64,000 bases of DNA from Azolla caroliniana (lineage: Eukaryota; Plantae; Polypodiophyta), in contig JBHGNT010000008.1 of NCBI GenBank assembly GCA_043228905.1, positions 11,594,001 through 11,658,000 of the forward strand. Reading direction: 5' to 3'. Shown here in pieces: positions 52,038 to 64,000 of this stretch (positions are counted from its first letter, which is position 1; every line of letters starts with the position of its first letter). Under the pieces are notes generated by a model. It saw only the letters and a program-made list of their open reading frames with translations. It searched no databases and had not been told where the DNA came from. A program made the position numbers and the translations under genes.

Positions 52038-52635
52038 GATACCCCGCAATGAGGGCCCAGAGCCAAGGGTGGAAGAGGAACCGGTTCAAACATAATCGAT
52101 GACAGAAGTCCCTGCGCTGCAGGCTCCGCCAGCGGGTCAGAGCATGACAAGACCCGTGATTCTGGAGCCGGTGATTCAGTTGCCTACATCACCGGCATAG
52201 CAGGACCAACAAGAGCTGGAACGGCCGACTCAGGCACAACTAGAGCCAGTACTGCCAAGTGGTACCCAGCCAGAGCTAGAGCTATCAACTAGACCAGATC
52301 AGACACTAGCAAACGCAAAAATCGGCCAACCCTCCGCGCCGACACAGCCACAAGACACGGGCAGCCAATGGCTACGGTGGATCGGTGAGCAAATAGCCAG
52401 AGTGGTCCATTATATGGAGGCAGAGGAGAAAGCACAAGTGGACCGGTTGCTAGCCACAACCTGAGAACAAGAGAAGGCCCGGTCAAGGATTCGGAGCTTG
52501 GAACGAGAAGTGGAAATAGCCAAGGAAGAATTGGCTAAGAAGGTCATCACAGGACCCCAGGAGCAGGAACCGGTGGCTCCGGTACATGTATAGAATAATG
52601 AAATACCGGCAATTGTACATAATAACACGACCCCG

Positions 52636-53664
52636 GTGCCGGGAACAAACACGGGTATAATTACAACACAAGCGCAAGAGCTTGTCGTTCTCAAAGAAGA
52701 CCTGGCCGCCCAGGAGGCATTACGGGCCAGGGAAAGAGAATTAAAAATGGTAGCGGAGGAGGAACAACGAAAGACTGCTGACAATCTCCGACGAGCAGAA
52801 GAAAGTCTACGGAAGGGACACCAAGCCTATGACCGGCTTAAGGAAGAGAAAGAAAAAGTGCTGCAAGAGAAGGATAAACTCCAAAGGATGGCGGAAACGG
52901 AGATCGAGAGACTCAAAGAAGAGCTTTGGCAGCAAAAGGATAGGGAAGACCGGGCTCGCCGCCAGATCAATCAGAAGCTGAAGCAGAAATCAGAAGAGTT
53001 TGACTGCTTACACCGGGATTATAAAGATGTTGAGTCGGAATACAAGAAGCTCATTACCGACAGTGACCGGCAGCAGGAGAAGATGTTCGAGCTCCAGAAT
53101 GAAGTGCAACGAACGGAGACGGCACTAGTGGAGGAACGGGCTGAGAAGGAAACCATACGAGCTGAAGCGGCAAAGGAACGCATGGAACTCCAGATGCAAC
53201 ATCAGGGGGAAACGGAACACGCTACCATGGTCTTACAAAGAGTGCAGACAACGTATCAGAATCAACTGGTGAGCTACAAGGACCAGGAGGTGGTAACGGC
53301 GAACCTGATCAAACAGTTGAAAGATGACCGGCAGGCTGCTGAAGACAAATCAAAGATGGGGCTGGAGCGGATCCGGTGCATTGTACATGCATGGAAGAAT
53401 CAGACGAAGCGTTTGATTGAAGACAGCTCAGTATTATGGTGGTCAAAATGGGTGAAGCATGTTGCCGAATTACAGTTGCTGAGGGCGGACGCGGAAAACC
53501 GGTAGAAAGAAGACGATGAGTTCTATAAGCTGGAAAAGGAAGACTTTGCTGCTGTGAAAGATGAATTGGCGGAGGACTTCGTAGCGTTGGCTGATGAACA
53601 GATAATGGTGGTCCGGCAGCTCGTGGCACAACTAGACGATGATCGGCTGGATAACCAGATTTAG
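52636..53664 (+). pseudogene. C-terminal part of the extra ORF of element G: long coiled coil plus conserved helical domain
   Basis: ORF 52636-53505 is E/K/Q/R-rich with heptad character; homology to the F ORF continues through the stop at 53503-53505 to 53664. Confidence 0.7.
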
Positions 53665-53729
53665 TTTGAAAGTTACGAAAAGGAGAGGCTACGACAAGAA
53701 GCGACAAAGAGCATTTTTTTTTTGGCGGG

Positions 53730-54410
53730 CTTGCTCATTGACGCACCCACATGGTTTTCTTCTATGAGGAGCATCGACTACAACTCAAGAAGGACAATGA
53801 TTTTTCTCTCGTGTAGATTGCCATTCAGAATGATCCAAACTTCTGCGCCAGACCTCCGAGGCAGACCTACATCATTCGTCCTCTTCAAGGGACACATTGA
53901 TAAACCCAAGCGAGTCCCAGATCTCCTTTATCTTGGAGGTGTAATCGGCCACCAATATGTCCCTCCTTCGGATGTTCTTCAGCTCTTGTCTGAGTTGCAA
54001 CTTCTTGGCCATTGTGCTTGCGGCGAAAATCTTCTTCAGATTTCCCCAAGCATCCTTTGGCGTTATGGCATCCTCGATGTAGCTGAGCATCTGATTGTTC
54101 ACACAGGAGGGAAAGCAATATAGGACTCTGCTTGCCTGTTCCCATGCCGAGAAATTCCTCTGTGTTGGCTTTAGTGCTACATCGTTTGCTCTTTCCACAT
54201 AGCTCCAATGTCCGTGTCCAAGCTGGTACTGATGCATCCAAGATGCATAGTTGCTCCTGTCAGGTTTTTCCGACGGCAATGAGCTACACATTCCTCTATC
54301 CATGGTCTTGTCAATCTTTTTCCGGAAGTAAAACGGCTTGTCTATACTAAACGCTTGTCAGCTGCAGAGGATTCTACTCAACCCTCACGCTCTGATACCA
54401 TGTAAAAGTT
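53730..54410 (-). mobile_element. Copia (Bryco-like) 5' relic: LTR end, tRNA-Met PBS, gag
   Basis: TGGTATCAGAGC (54400-54389) abutting ...CTTTTACA; gag SEKPDRSNYASW...AKKLQLRQELKNI (53872-54303). Confidence 0.85.
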
Positions 54411-55639
54411 TTACAATGTGCTAATAAGGAAACCCATCCCCCTAGGCTCAACATTAGGAAACCCATCTTCCCTAGGGGGAATGAATGTTACCTAATGACC
54501 GGGACTTATATGTATCATGTAGTGAACTTCATTTGTTATCTTCTCGTCCAACATTTCTACTCTAATTTGGTGGAATGTTGAATATGTTAGCTTTCTAAAT
54601 TCATAATTTTTTTATTTTGAGAGTAAATCCGTCCTTTCAAATCCTAAAATCTTGAAGTATTTGATAATGTGCTTACTTTCTATACCTCCTTAATCCATCT
54701 GTCCTATTAGAATGCATTGAATCTACATGGGAAAACATGGAACTTATTCCTTCTTGTCATTTGATATTGTCTTCCTTCGAAATTGATCGAATTTACTTTC
54801 ATATTTGCTCAATCACTAATTTTCTTCCTACCTTCTCATGGGATCTACTTCTCTCTTGTTAAAGTTTCACCTGTAATAGAATTATTTCCATTACCATAAT
54901 GGATATTTGTTGTTTGTCAAGTGCATTTGGCAAATAAGAGACTTGCATCATTACTCGTAGTAGCCATGCAATTGTCAGATTATGTACCAATATCACTTTT
55001 AATTCTCAAGAAACATGTTGGCTTGTCCAGAATCAATGTTACTTACTATGCTTAGTATCAATTATAGTAACTATTGTAACCACAATTTATTCTTTAGTAA
55101 GTCAATAATACCCCATGTATTGTCAAGAGAATTAAGATAATATCAAATGCACATCAAGTATGTATGCTCAAATGCAAGAAAATGTTACGTAATTCGGTGA
55201 ATCGTGTAACCAGAACCTTTCTTGGGATTTGCAAACAAATTTCTCATGCCATAAACTTATGGGGAACCTTGAATGGTTTAGCATGGGGAGATGAATATCA
55301 TCCCAACCAGAAAATATGAGAGTTCTGCAAGGCAATTCTCCTTTGAAAAGTTGCACGGATTGGCATCCTTTTTTATTTACACCACTCACATCAGGTGGAA
55401 CTTCTATTTCCAGCAAATGTCCTATTTGTTTTATAGCTCCATTATGTATACCTTGAGACATGCAACAATAGACTATCGTCAACTTGTACCTATATTAGAG
55501 ATAAGATGCATCCCAAGCACTAATTTCTGTTTTCACAATCTCTTCTTGCAACTTGCCGCAATAACCTCTGAGATTGACTGACAGACAGACAGGGTTACCT
55601 CATTCAAAATTTGAGTCTAAGTCCTTTTCTAGAAAGGCT

Positions 55640-56374
55640 TCACTCAATAGTCAGAAGTTTGTCAGCAATAATGGATAAGTTCTCAAGCACCTTCGTAGAG
55701 TCTGCAACCGTATTTTGCATCACGATAGAGTGATATTCTAAACCCATCCATTGTGATATGTGTGAGTAATGGGGGCGCATAAAACGTGGCCCAAGCAACT
55801 CTAAGATAATAGTTCCTGGTTGAGCAAAAATTGCATGTGTAAGCCCTGCGCCATGGACTCCAAAAATGATTGATGCATCATGCACTGCTTGAATTTGCTC
55901 TTTCATTTTCATATGCGCAAGTGTCCCATTGATAATCTCAACACTCATTTTCTCCCCTTGTTTTGTATATCTTTTAGATTGAATTTGTGCCCATTTCTCC
56001 ATTTCGTTAAAGATCTGTTGCTCATTTTGTAGCCTAACCTCTGGCTTTCCACCATGCCGGGGATGTGCCAAGTAATTTTCTCGTCGGATAAAGAGGATTT
56101 TGATGACATTGTAGGGTTTTGCATTAGAAATTCCAAAGGAAGCTTTGAAAAATTCGCCAAATTCCTGAAGTCTTGATGTCTTCGAAATGTCCTCTTGCTT
56201 CAAATCTTTGGCCGGGCAACCTTTGCAAGGTATTCCTGAGTTCAAACCTTTGAATAATGCTGTCTCGTAGCCTAATGGTGCAAATATCACATGGTCAAAA
56301 CATATGGGTGAAGCGAAGTGTTTTGCATACTTCACATTGCTAAAAAGAGCATTCCAACCATCGTCCATAGGAGA
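55640..56374 (-). CDS. XYLT: Beta-1,2-xylosyltransferase exon 4
   Basis: Acceptor CAG|TCT; PLGYETALFKG, RRENYLAHPRHGGK, GVHGAGLTH (GT61); ends with TGA. Confidence 0.93.
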   Translation of the reverse strand, partial: SPMDDGWNALFSNVKYAKHFASPICFDHVIFAPLGYETALFKGLNSGIPCKGCPAKDLKQEDISKTSRLQEFGEFFKASFGISNAKPYNVIKILFIRRENYLAHPRHGGKPEVRLQNEQQIFNEMEKWAQIQSKRYTKQGEKMSVEIINGTLAHMKMKEQIQAVHDASIIFGVHGAGLTHAIFAQPGTIILELLGPRFMRPHYSHISQWMGLEYHSIVMQNTVADSTKVLENLSIIADKLLTIE

Positions 56375-56791
56375 CTGCTCATAAGAGAACAATTGTGAGA
56401 AGAATTCTACATGGAAATTCAATGCAATATAAAAAATTCCGACAAGCAATGTCAATCAAGCAACCGAAGCAATCATGTCAATATAACAAACACTCTGATC
56501 CAGCACTTTAAGGCAGTTTGCATTCTATTTATTCAAAAATCACATTTATCTTGGAATGTACATAATACACCCTAGAATTATAAGATGATAAACTTTAAGA
56601 ATAAGTACCCACAAATAATATATATGTCAATAAATGAATCTTTTTACCTTTTCTGTATTTTTCTTTTTCAGAAGCAGTGATGCATATAAATGACGAGCTC
56701 AGTGACAAAATTTAACAAAATGCATTCAAGCTGACATCCCAGATAGCTTAAAAAATAAAACAAGAGATAAAGAAGAAATAATAAAAATTAC

Positions 56792-56941
56792 CTCACAATG
56801 CCCATCGATGAAGACCACATTCGGAGGATGCTTCAAGTCTACCACGCGTGATGCAATGTACGCACTATACCAATCAGTTACTGTATGGAAAAGGTTCGCA
56901 TATTCATATCGAATGACGAGTACAGTTGATTCCGCTACTAC
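56792..56941 (-). CDS. XYLT: Beta-1,2-xylosyltransferase exon 3 (not in the ORF track)
   Basis: 150 nt, AG/GT bounded, encodes VVAESTVLVIRYEYANLFHTVTDWYSAYIASRVVDLKHPPNVVFIDGHCE. Confidence 0.93.
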
Positions 56942-57837
56942 CTACCAATGAAATCGATCCAAGTATCTCATGTGGAGTTTGAGCTTGTTCTTTAATGTAT
57001 TCATAAAAATTGCTTCACACAATTATTGCACCATATGCATTTTGGACTACAGATCCCAGTTTCTTTCGGCAAAGCTAATTAATACCAGATTTCAATGATA
57101 GAACATTGTGGTAAATTGGTTGTGTTCTCTTGTTTCTAAGGTATTTTTTAGCAGTTTCAATTATTGCCTTCTTGAAAGATTGCCCAAGCTTCATTAAAAA
57201 TGGAATTCTACAGTGCAAATTCATAAAAAATGGTTCTAGCCCTTATGTGTCAGTTTTTTTCCCAGCTTATTTGTAGTTTTGTTGAACTCAGAATATTTGT
57301 TCACAGAATTCACTGTGCATGGATGATGTCTTTGTCATCAGGCAACATGAAAATATTACACCTCCATAGAGAGAGAATCTCTGGAAGGAATCTATCTCTG
57401 AGGGAGGTTTTCCCAAATGTCTTCTCTAACTTTCTTACAGTAATCATGCTATTCTCCTAGCAGGCTCCACCATCAATAGTTTCAGTATGTTATGGATTCC
57501 ATAGTCCACTATTGGCCACTTTGTATGCTCAATCACTTAGAAAACGTAAAATGTCAGTAAAATATCTATTCCACCTTCTCATTGTTGTCTCCGTTTGTGT
57601 GAACATGCACAGAAGATTACAATTTGCACCCCAGTTGCTGTGATTCATATGCTTAATTGATGCAAATCTACATGAAAAACATAGTGATGGGGGAGAAACA
57701 GGGAGAATGAAACAGAGCCCTCAATGCAGTTTTTGGATAAAACTAAACAACATATGGAAACCTGCATAAGGAACATAGTGATGGGAGAGAAAACACCATT
57801 ATTGAAATAGAGCCTGAAATTAAACATTAAATGGTAC

Positions 57838-58174
57838 CTGAGAGCAATTGATTTGATCCGATTTTACAGCCCGAATGTTGCTAAATAGAGCACGTAATCG
57901 ATGGTCATGAATCTGACCTTGAGGCAAAATGGCATCAAGAAGCTTTCCATTAATCTCGAAATCCAAGATATCCTGAATTTTGTCAGAAGAAGGAAAGACA
58001 AGCTCAAAAGCACCCGAAGAAGAGAAATCTGGAAGCTCATCACTGTCTCCTCGACCAACCACAGAGTCCAGAGGCTCGCCACCACGCGCCATACGTATCC
58101 GTCCAGGATGCATCACAATCTTCCGGCCTTCGCAAATTGAGGTCCGAAGAGTGTCACTATAGAAGCAATTCAAA
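57838..58174 (-). CDS. XYLT: Beta-1,2-xylosyltransferase exon 2
   Basis: CFYSDTLRTSICEG, MARGGEPLDSVVGR; donor CAG|GTACC at 57838; acceptor CGTAG|T at 58175 is inferred. Confidence 0.85.
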
Positions 58175-58458
58175 CTACGGTACAGAGTAGAGTTAAAAGT
58201 AGAGTTCAAATTAGGGTTGGTCGCTTTTCCATTCCTCAAATTAGGGTACAAAATCGGATTGGTTTTATTATTCCATTGATCAGGGTTCCAGTTAGGGTTG
58301 GGCTGATGATGAAATTTCAGTTGGGGTTCCAACTAGTTTTGAAATCAGGGTAGAAATTAGGGTTCACTTTTCTATACTTCAAATCGGGTGTTCCTTTTCC
58401 ATACCTCAAATTAGGGTTTACTTTTCTAAATTTTAAATTAGGGTTCATTTTTCCATAC

Positions 58459-58790
58459 CTCGCTCTCGAGTCGAAAATAGAGTTTAGTTTTCCATTCCTC
58501 ATCGGAAGAAGGCCGAGCTTCGTGTGAGAAAATACATCGATCTGGTGCGTGAACCCATTCCCGAAGAACCCTTCGCATGATTGAGGTGGCAAATTAGGGT
58601 TTGAAAACCATGGAAGGAAAGAAGGAATAGAAGAAGGCCACCGCTTCGTTGGTTTTGGCTTTAGGGTAGTAGGAAACTTTCTGATCTGTGAGGATGGGAG
58701 ATGAAGGTAAGACATCCCTGCGAGGTTGAAGATAAGGATGATTAGGAACGAGAAAATGGATAGAATCCATGATTTCTTCAACGCTGCCAT
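58459..58790 (-). CDS. XYLT: Beta-1,2-xylosyltransferase exon 1 (type II membrane anchor and stem)
   Basis: ATG at 58790, hydrophobic N-term, WPSSIPSFLPW, SCEGFFGNGFT; donor AG|GTATGG; four exons total 1554 nt = 517 aa plus stop. Confidence 0.85.
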
Positions 58791-58844
58791 TGCAGTACTA
58801 TGTATCAGAGGAGCGTAAGTGTGTTAAGGAATCCCGAGAAGCCA

Positions 58845-59112
58845 TATACATACATATATATATATATGTATATATACATATAGTCAAAATTTCCTAAAGT
58901 GCGTTCCTTCTTTCCCCCCTGCTGCCCTGCGCTGCGTCTTCACCAATACATATATATATATGTACATATACTACATATACACATACATATACATATATGT
59001 ACATACATACATATGTACTACCAGTACCAAGTGAAATAAAGAATGAAATGACCGAAATGCCCCTCCCCTCCCCTCCCCACCCCATTCGTCCGTCCGTCCG
59101 TCCGTCCGTCCG
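58845..59112. repeat. (TA)n/(TACA)n and (CGTC)n microsatellites upstream of XYLT
   Basis: Visible simple repeats at 58845-58882, 58947-59015 and 59087-59112. Confidence 0.9.
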
Positions 59113-59922
59113 GTGTGTTTGTCCTCTCCCTTCCCCTACTAAAAGTTAAAGTAAAGAGACAGGCACACACACACGCGCACAACACATAGGAACTCTCACC
59201 TCGGCACTTTGCTTTGCTCTGCTTTGCACTCTCCTCACTCGCTCATTGTGTCAAGTCAAGATGTGTTTTTGGTCTCTTGCCACCAAGATAAAATCATCAT
59301 CATCCATTCCCTCACCACCTAGTACTTTATGGCATGCTCACATGATTCTACCCTTTCCAATCAATCACATGTGCACTTGCCTGGTCAATCAAAATACCAT
59401 AATGATTTATTAATAACTAGAGAATGTACTTATAGAGCATGGTCAGACACATGCAATAACTCGTAATATCACCCGAATACCAAACCTTTCCGTTCCAGCT
59501 CGTTCAATGTCCAACAAATGTTCGTCCCATGGAACAAATACGAAGAAAGTTAATGGTTTGTCACGATCCTACAACCATTGGCTCCCAACTTGGAATCTAA
59601 AGAATATTAGAAGACTCCTATGCATAGGTATTAAAAAATATTATTAAAATTCACTCAATGTGTCATGAACTCATGCATGAAATGAGTCATGCTATATCTA
59701 TTTTAGTCTTAAGCTTTAGTTAACAAGACTTCATGACCTAAATAGTATGCATGCATCCCATCATCTTGTGGGTCATAAACTCATGTATCTCAAATCATTT
59801 TGGATGATATAGAGAAGAGCATAGCCTATGAGCTCTATCTAGAGATTATATTGATATGTGATTAGTGATCTTGATTAATATCTAATCACACATTGATCTT
59901 GCTTAATAGTCTATTGATAACA

Positions 59923-60461
59923 TGTGATCAACGCGATTCGCCTCAACCATAGTAATTAATTATTCTCTTATAGAAATCTACCTTATTGTTACCATTAGCA
60001 TGGCTTCTCAAACGCTACAAATAGAGAAATGTTTATTCCCACCACTTGTGTTGGATGGGTCCAATTATATGACTTGGATGGTTCATGTCGAAGGCCATCT
60101 CATGGCGAAAGATCTCCTTCATACGTTAAGTGATACTTTTAATGATACGATAAGGGCACTGGGCAATTACTTGTCGAACTTCTATGTTTCATGTTGATCT
60201 TTACTAGAAGTATGGCAAGCAAGGTCAAGATAGGAAACCGTAAGCTAATATGGTAGCAGAAACATCAACGATCTCACCATCAATTCCAATCTTGGAATAT
60301 ATTTTATGGATCAACCTTTGGAATTCGAGCCCGAAGCCAACATGATTGAAGCTCATATGATTGATTTGCATACAAGACGTTTTCTTTGTCTTATTGATTG
60401 TGCCTCAACACACTATTCTATGTCATAAAGAATTCTTTCATCATGTTAAAGATCAAGCCCC
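59923..60461 (+). mobile_element. Old Copia relic (Bianca-like gag and protease traces)
   Basis: FPPLVLDGSNYMTW...HL at 60000-60197; CLIDCASTH near 60387; TGTGATCAACGCG resembles the Bianca PBS CGTTATCAGCACG. Confidence 0.5.
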
Positions 60462-63400
60462 TGTCACGGATCATAAACTCAAGAGACAACGAAGAAGATA
60501 ACCAAATGGACAAGAATGAAGATAGTACTAAAGGAAAGACTCCATAACTAGTGTTGTTCACCTTGAATTCCTTCAAGGTGAACTCTTCTATTTATACTAC
60601 ATGGCATGCATACTTGTTGCACGCATGTGAATCTACAATAGAGCATGTAGGTATGCATGCATGTGCCAAGTGTAAATACTACAAGGGAGCAACTATGCAC
60701 ATGATGCTAGCAAAATAATAAGGACCAATTACATACATAACTAGTACTAGATATCTTGGTTAACTCATAATAGTAGATTATAACATGGTCGTGTCAAGAG
60801 TTCGAATCTTGACATCATCCCCCTTCTTACGCCGCCGCCTTCCCAAATCGGCCGCTGGTTTGTGGGGATATCGGTGGTGATGAAAATCTTGGACGACCTC
60901 TGGGGCATTTTGTAAATTTGCCGATGGTTCCCATGTGGCCTCAGACATGGGGTAACCCCTCCATAGGACGAGGTATTGCAAGTGTCGACGGTGCCAACGC
61001 GAGTCAAGGATTTGGTCGACCTCGTATTCCTCCCCTGTCGTCAAGTGCACAGATGGTGGTGGTGGGGCTTGACGTCCTGGGAGTTGTGAAGCATAATGGG
61101 GTTCGAGGAGGGAGACATGAAAAACATCGTGAATCCGGAAGTGGGATGGAAGGGCGAGCCGGAAGGCGACGGGATTGATGCACTCGATGATACGGAATGG
61201 TCCCAACTTCTTGTAATCAAGTTTCGCACATGGACGAGTAGTAGAGATGTGTCGACGTAACAACCAGACCATGTCTCCAACGACAAAGTGTGGAGTGGAA
61301 GATCGATGGCGATCAGCCTGCTTCTTGTATCGTTCATTAGCAAGACTAAGCTCCAAGGATAAATCATGATGTACTTCTTCCAAAATGCGGGCATGATCCT
61401 CCGCCGAAGGGTTCACGAAAGTGGTAGGAAGGGAAATGTTGAAGCGAGGATGTAAACCGTAGTTGGCAAAGAAGGGAGTGACGCCAGTCGATGCATGGAG
61501 AGAATTATTGTAGGCGAATTCTACGAGCGAAAGTAAGTTGACCCAATCATCTTGTTGGTAACTAACCGAGCACCGAAGATACTGCTCAAGGATTTGGTTG
61601 ACACGCTCAGTTTGCCCGTCATTTTGGGGGTGATAAGCAGAGGACAACTTGACAGAGATGCCTAAAGTTTGTAGCAGGCGCTGCCAGAAGTGAGAGACAA
61701 ACTGGGGTCCGTGATCCGAGATGACATCATCGGGGAGTCCATGCAAGCGTACTACATTGTTGAGTAGGAGATGCACCATTCCTTCTCCGGAAATGGTTTT
61801 GGAGCATGGAGTGAAGTGAGCCATCTTCGTAAACCGATCGACAACGACCAACACCGAGTCATAGCTATTGACCAAGGGTAGATCAGTTATCAGGTCCATA
61901 GAGATAGAGGCCCAAGGACGACGAGGACATGGAAGCGGCTATAGTAAGCCGTATGGCCGATGATGAATGGCTTTGGAGCGAGCACAAACCTCACAACTCT
62001 TTATGTATTCTTTGACCAGCTTCCATGGTTGTGGCCACCAATACCCCCGAGAGATTAGCTCGAGGGTTTTCGCGACCCCGAAATGACCTGCAAGTGGGTC
62101 ATCGTGGCATTCCCGCAACACCCGGGTGCGACCCGGGGACGTATAAGAGATGATCTCGGAACAACAAACCCTCTTGTATGGTGAAGGTGTCAAGATCCTT
62201 CCTTTTGGTCGCCTTGGAGGGGTTTTGCAGACTATCTCGAATCTCGTTGGCGAACGCATCGGTCTTGGATGCATCAGTGATTTGTTGGAGTAAAGAATCA
62301 TCCTACAACATACAAGTGGCAAACAGATGCAATTGATCGGGTTTCAACAAACGTCTAGATTGTTGAGCATAAGTAGCATCCCCAGGGCGGAGTGCAAGGT
62401 CAGCTCGGCGAGAAAGGGCATCAGCCTTCCCATGTTGGCCACCAGGTCGAAATACGATCTCAAAATCATAGTCGGCGAGAAATGTAGACCAACGGGCCTG
62501 CCTTCGATTCAAAGTACGAGTGGTGGAAAAATAAACTAAATTTTTATGATCAGTCACTACCTGGACACGATGTTGTGCGCCGGCCAAGTAGGGTCGCCAT
62601 TCTTCAAAGGCAGCAATGATAGCAGCAAGCTCCTTGTCGTAAATGGGATAATTGATTTCGGATGCCGTAAATTTTCGGGAATAGTAAGCCACTGGGTGCA
62701 TTAGGTTGTTGTCGTCTGCTTGGGATAAGATGGCACCAATGGCAAAGTCAGAGGCATCGGTTTCGACTTGGAAGGGTTTTGTGGGGTCGGCATGTAGCAG
62801 CACCGGGGCAGTGATGAATGCATGTTTGAGTGAGTCGAACGCATTTTGTGCCTCCAAGGTCCATAAAAATGGAGTGCCTTTATGGGTGAGAGCAATAAGA
62901 GGTTGTGCTAGGGTGGAAAACCCCTTGATGAAGCGACGACAAAAATTCGCGAAGCCGAGGAAGGATTGCACATCTTTAAGTCACCTTGGAGTCGCCCACG
63001 CCTGAATGACAGAGACCTTCTTCATATCCATGGTGATGCCAGTGGGCAAGATGATGTAGCCCAGAAATTCGATCGAGGTACGGTCGAACTCGCATTTATC
63101 GCCTTTGGCATAAAGGCCATGCTCGCGAAGTTTGGCCAGAACTAATCGGACTTGGCAAGTGTGCTCCTCCATGTTTGGCGAGAAAATGAGAATATCATCG
63201 AGGTAAATGACAACAAAAAGATCAAGATATTCCCGGAAAATATCGTTCATCATATGTTGAAAAACTGCGGGAGCGTTAGTAAGACCAAAAGGCATTACCT
63301 TGTATTCGAAATGCCCATACCGTGTTCGAAATGCGGTTTTCCATTCATCCCCCGGCTTGATGCGTACTAGATTGTACGCGCCACGCAGATCAACTTTGGA

Positions 63401-64000
63401 GAAGACACGCGCAACTCGGAGCCGATCAAGGAGTTCGGGGATCAGAGGTAGCGGATAGCGGTTGCGCACAGTGAGTTTGTTGAGACCTCGGTAGTCGACG
63501 CATAAGCGTAGAGAGCCGTCCTTCTTCTTCACAAATAAAATGGGGGCCCCGACTGGTGACTTAGAAGGTTGAATAAAGCCTTTCTCGAGGTTCTCATCAA
63601 GATACACACGAAGGGCCTTCAACTCTGGTGCAGACAATGCATATAGAGGACCAAAGGGTGGACACGCACCTTCTTGAAGATCAATCGGACAGTCGTAGAG
63701 CCGGTGTTCAGGCAACCGATCAGCATTACATTTTTCAAATACGTCGGAGAAGTGTTGGTATTTTTCGGGAATAACATGGAGTGTGTTAGAAATGGCGCCA
63801 CAAACAAACCCATCCTGGACGGATGATGGGGTAGTCAATTCGGAGTCGACCGTCTCCGAAGGATAGGAAACTGAATTTACCTTCATACTTTTGCACAAGC
63901 ATCTTGGCTTGCTAAATGTGATCGAGCGGTTGCACCAATCCACTATTGGATTGTGCGCCTCCAACCACGTTAGTCCTAAGACGATCGGATGTCGAGGAGA
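60462..64000 (-). mobile_element. Chromovirus (Tcn1-like) element E: RT-RH-IN-chromodomain, PPT, 3' LTR 60462-60814; continues beyond the window
   Basis: ORFs 62981-63964 (YLDDILIFS), 62303-62971, 60778-61899 (EEYEVDQILDSR...YLVLWRGY...TWEP); PPT AGAAGGGGGATGA before the TG at 60814. Confidence 0.95.

Larger units (their letters stand above)
42063..53720 (+). mobile_element. Gypsy element G (relative of F): 5' LTR ending about 42515, Arg-type PBS, gag-pol, extra ORF; 3' LTR missing; interrupted by H
   Basis: TGGCGACCAC at 42521; gag 42569-43881, CYYCRQEGHYSNQC, RT/RH 45195-46376 (RT N-term deleted), IN 46710-47942; LTR start uncertain (42063 or 42128). Confidence 0.88.

Noticed and set aside
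52636-53505. Retroviral env or captured host myosin/SMC-like gene
   Set aside because: No signal peptide or transmembrane segment seen; coiled-coil similarity is non-specific; the homolog in F ties it to the element
58175-58458. XYLT as a frameshifted pseudogene
   Set aside because: A canonical GT-AG intron restores the frame and all other exons are intact; needs RNA confirmation

Overview
Plant nuclear DNA, probably from a non-seed plant (inferred from the Tcn1-like chromoviruses and Bryco-like Copia). Most of the window is nested, decayed LTR retrotransposons. There is one apparently intact host gene, a 4-exon N-glycan beta-1,2-xylosyltransferase (XYLT, GT61) on the minus strand at 55640-58790. 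TSDs resolve the nesting. A Copia host (14107-41079) received a non-chromovirus Gypsy F (14844-21008) and chromoviruses C (22493-28328) and D (28343-40465). D in turn contains a tRNA-Trp-primed Gypsy B (31929-38558). Gypsy G (about 42063-53720) contains a Tork-like Copia H (48952-52037). The most striking signals concern reverse-transcription priming: (1) Tf1-type 11-nt self-priming signatures in two chromovirus families, predicted for a third; (2) a fold-back LTR whose junction lies exactly at that primer; (3) a Gypsy whose polypurine tract is replaced by a sense copy of a tRNA-Arg 3' end; (4) antisense tRNA-like A/B-box modules in three unrelated LTR families; (5) a tandem LTR+PBS satellite. 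Also notable are a conserved extra ORF after integrase and an apparent new XYLT intron built from tandem copies of exonic sequence. All analysis was by eye; family and tRNA assignments come from recalled motifs, not database searches.
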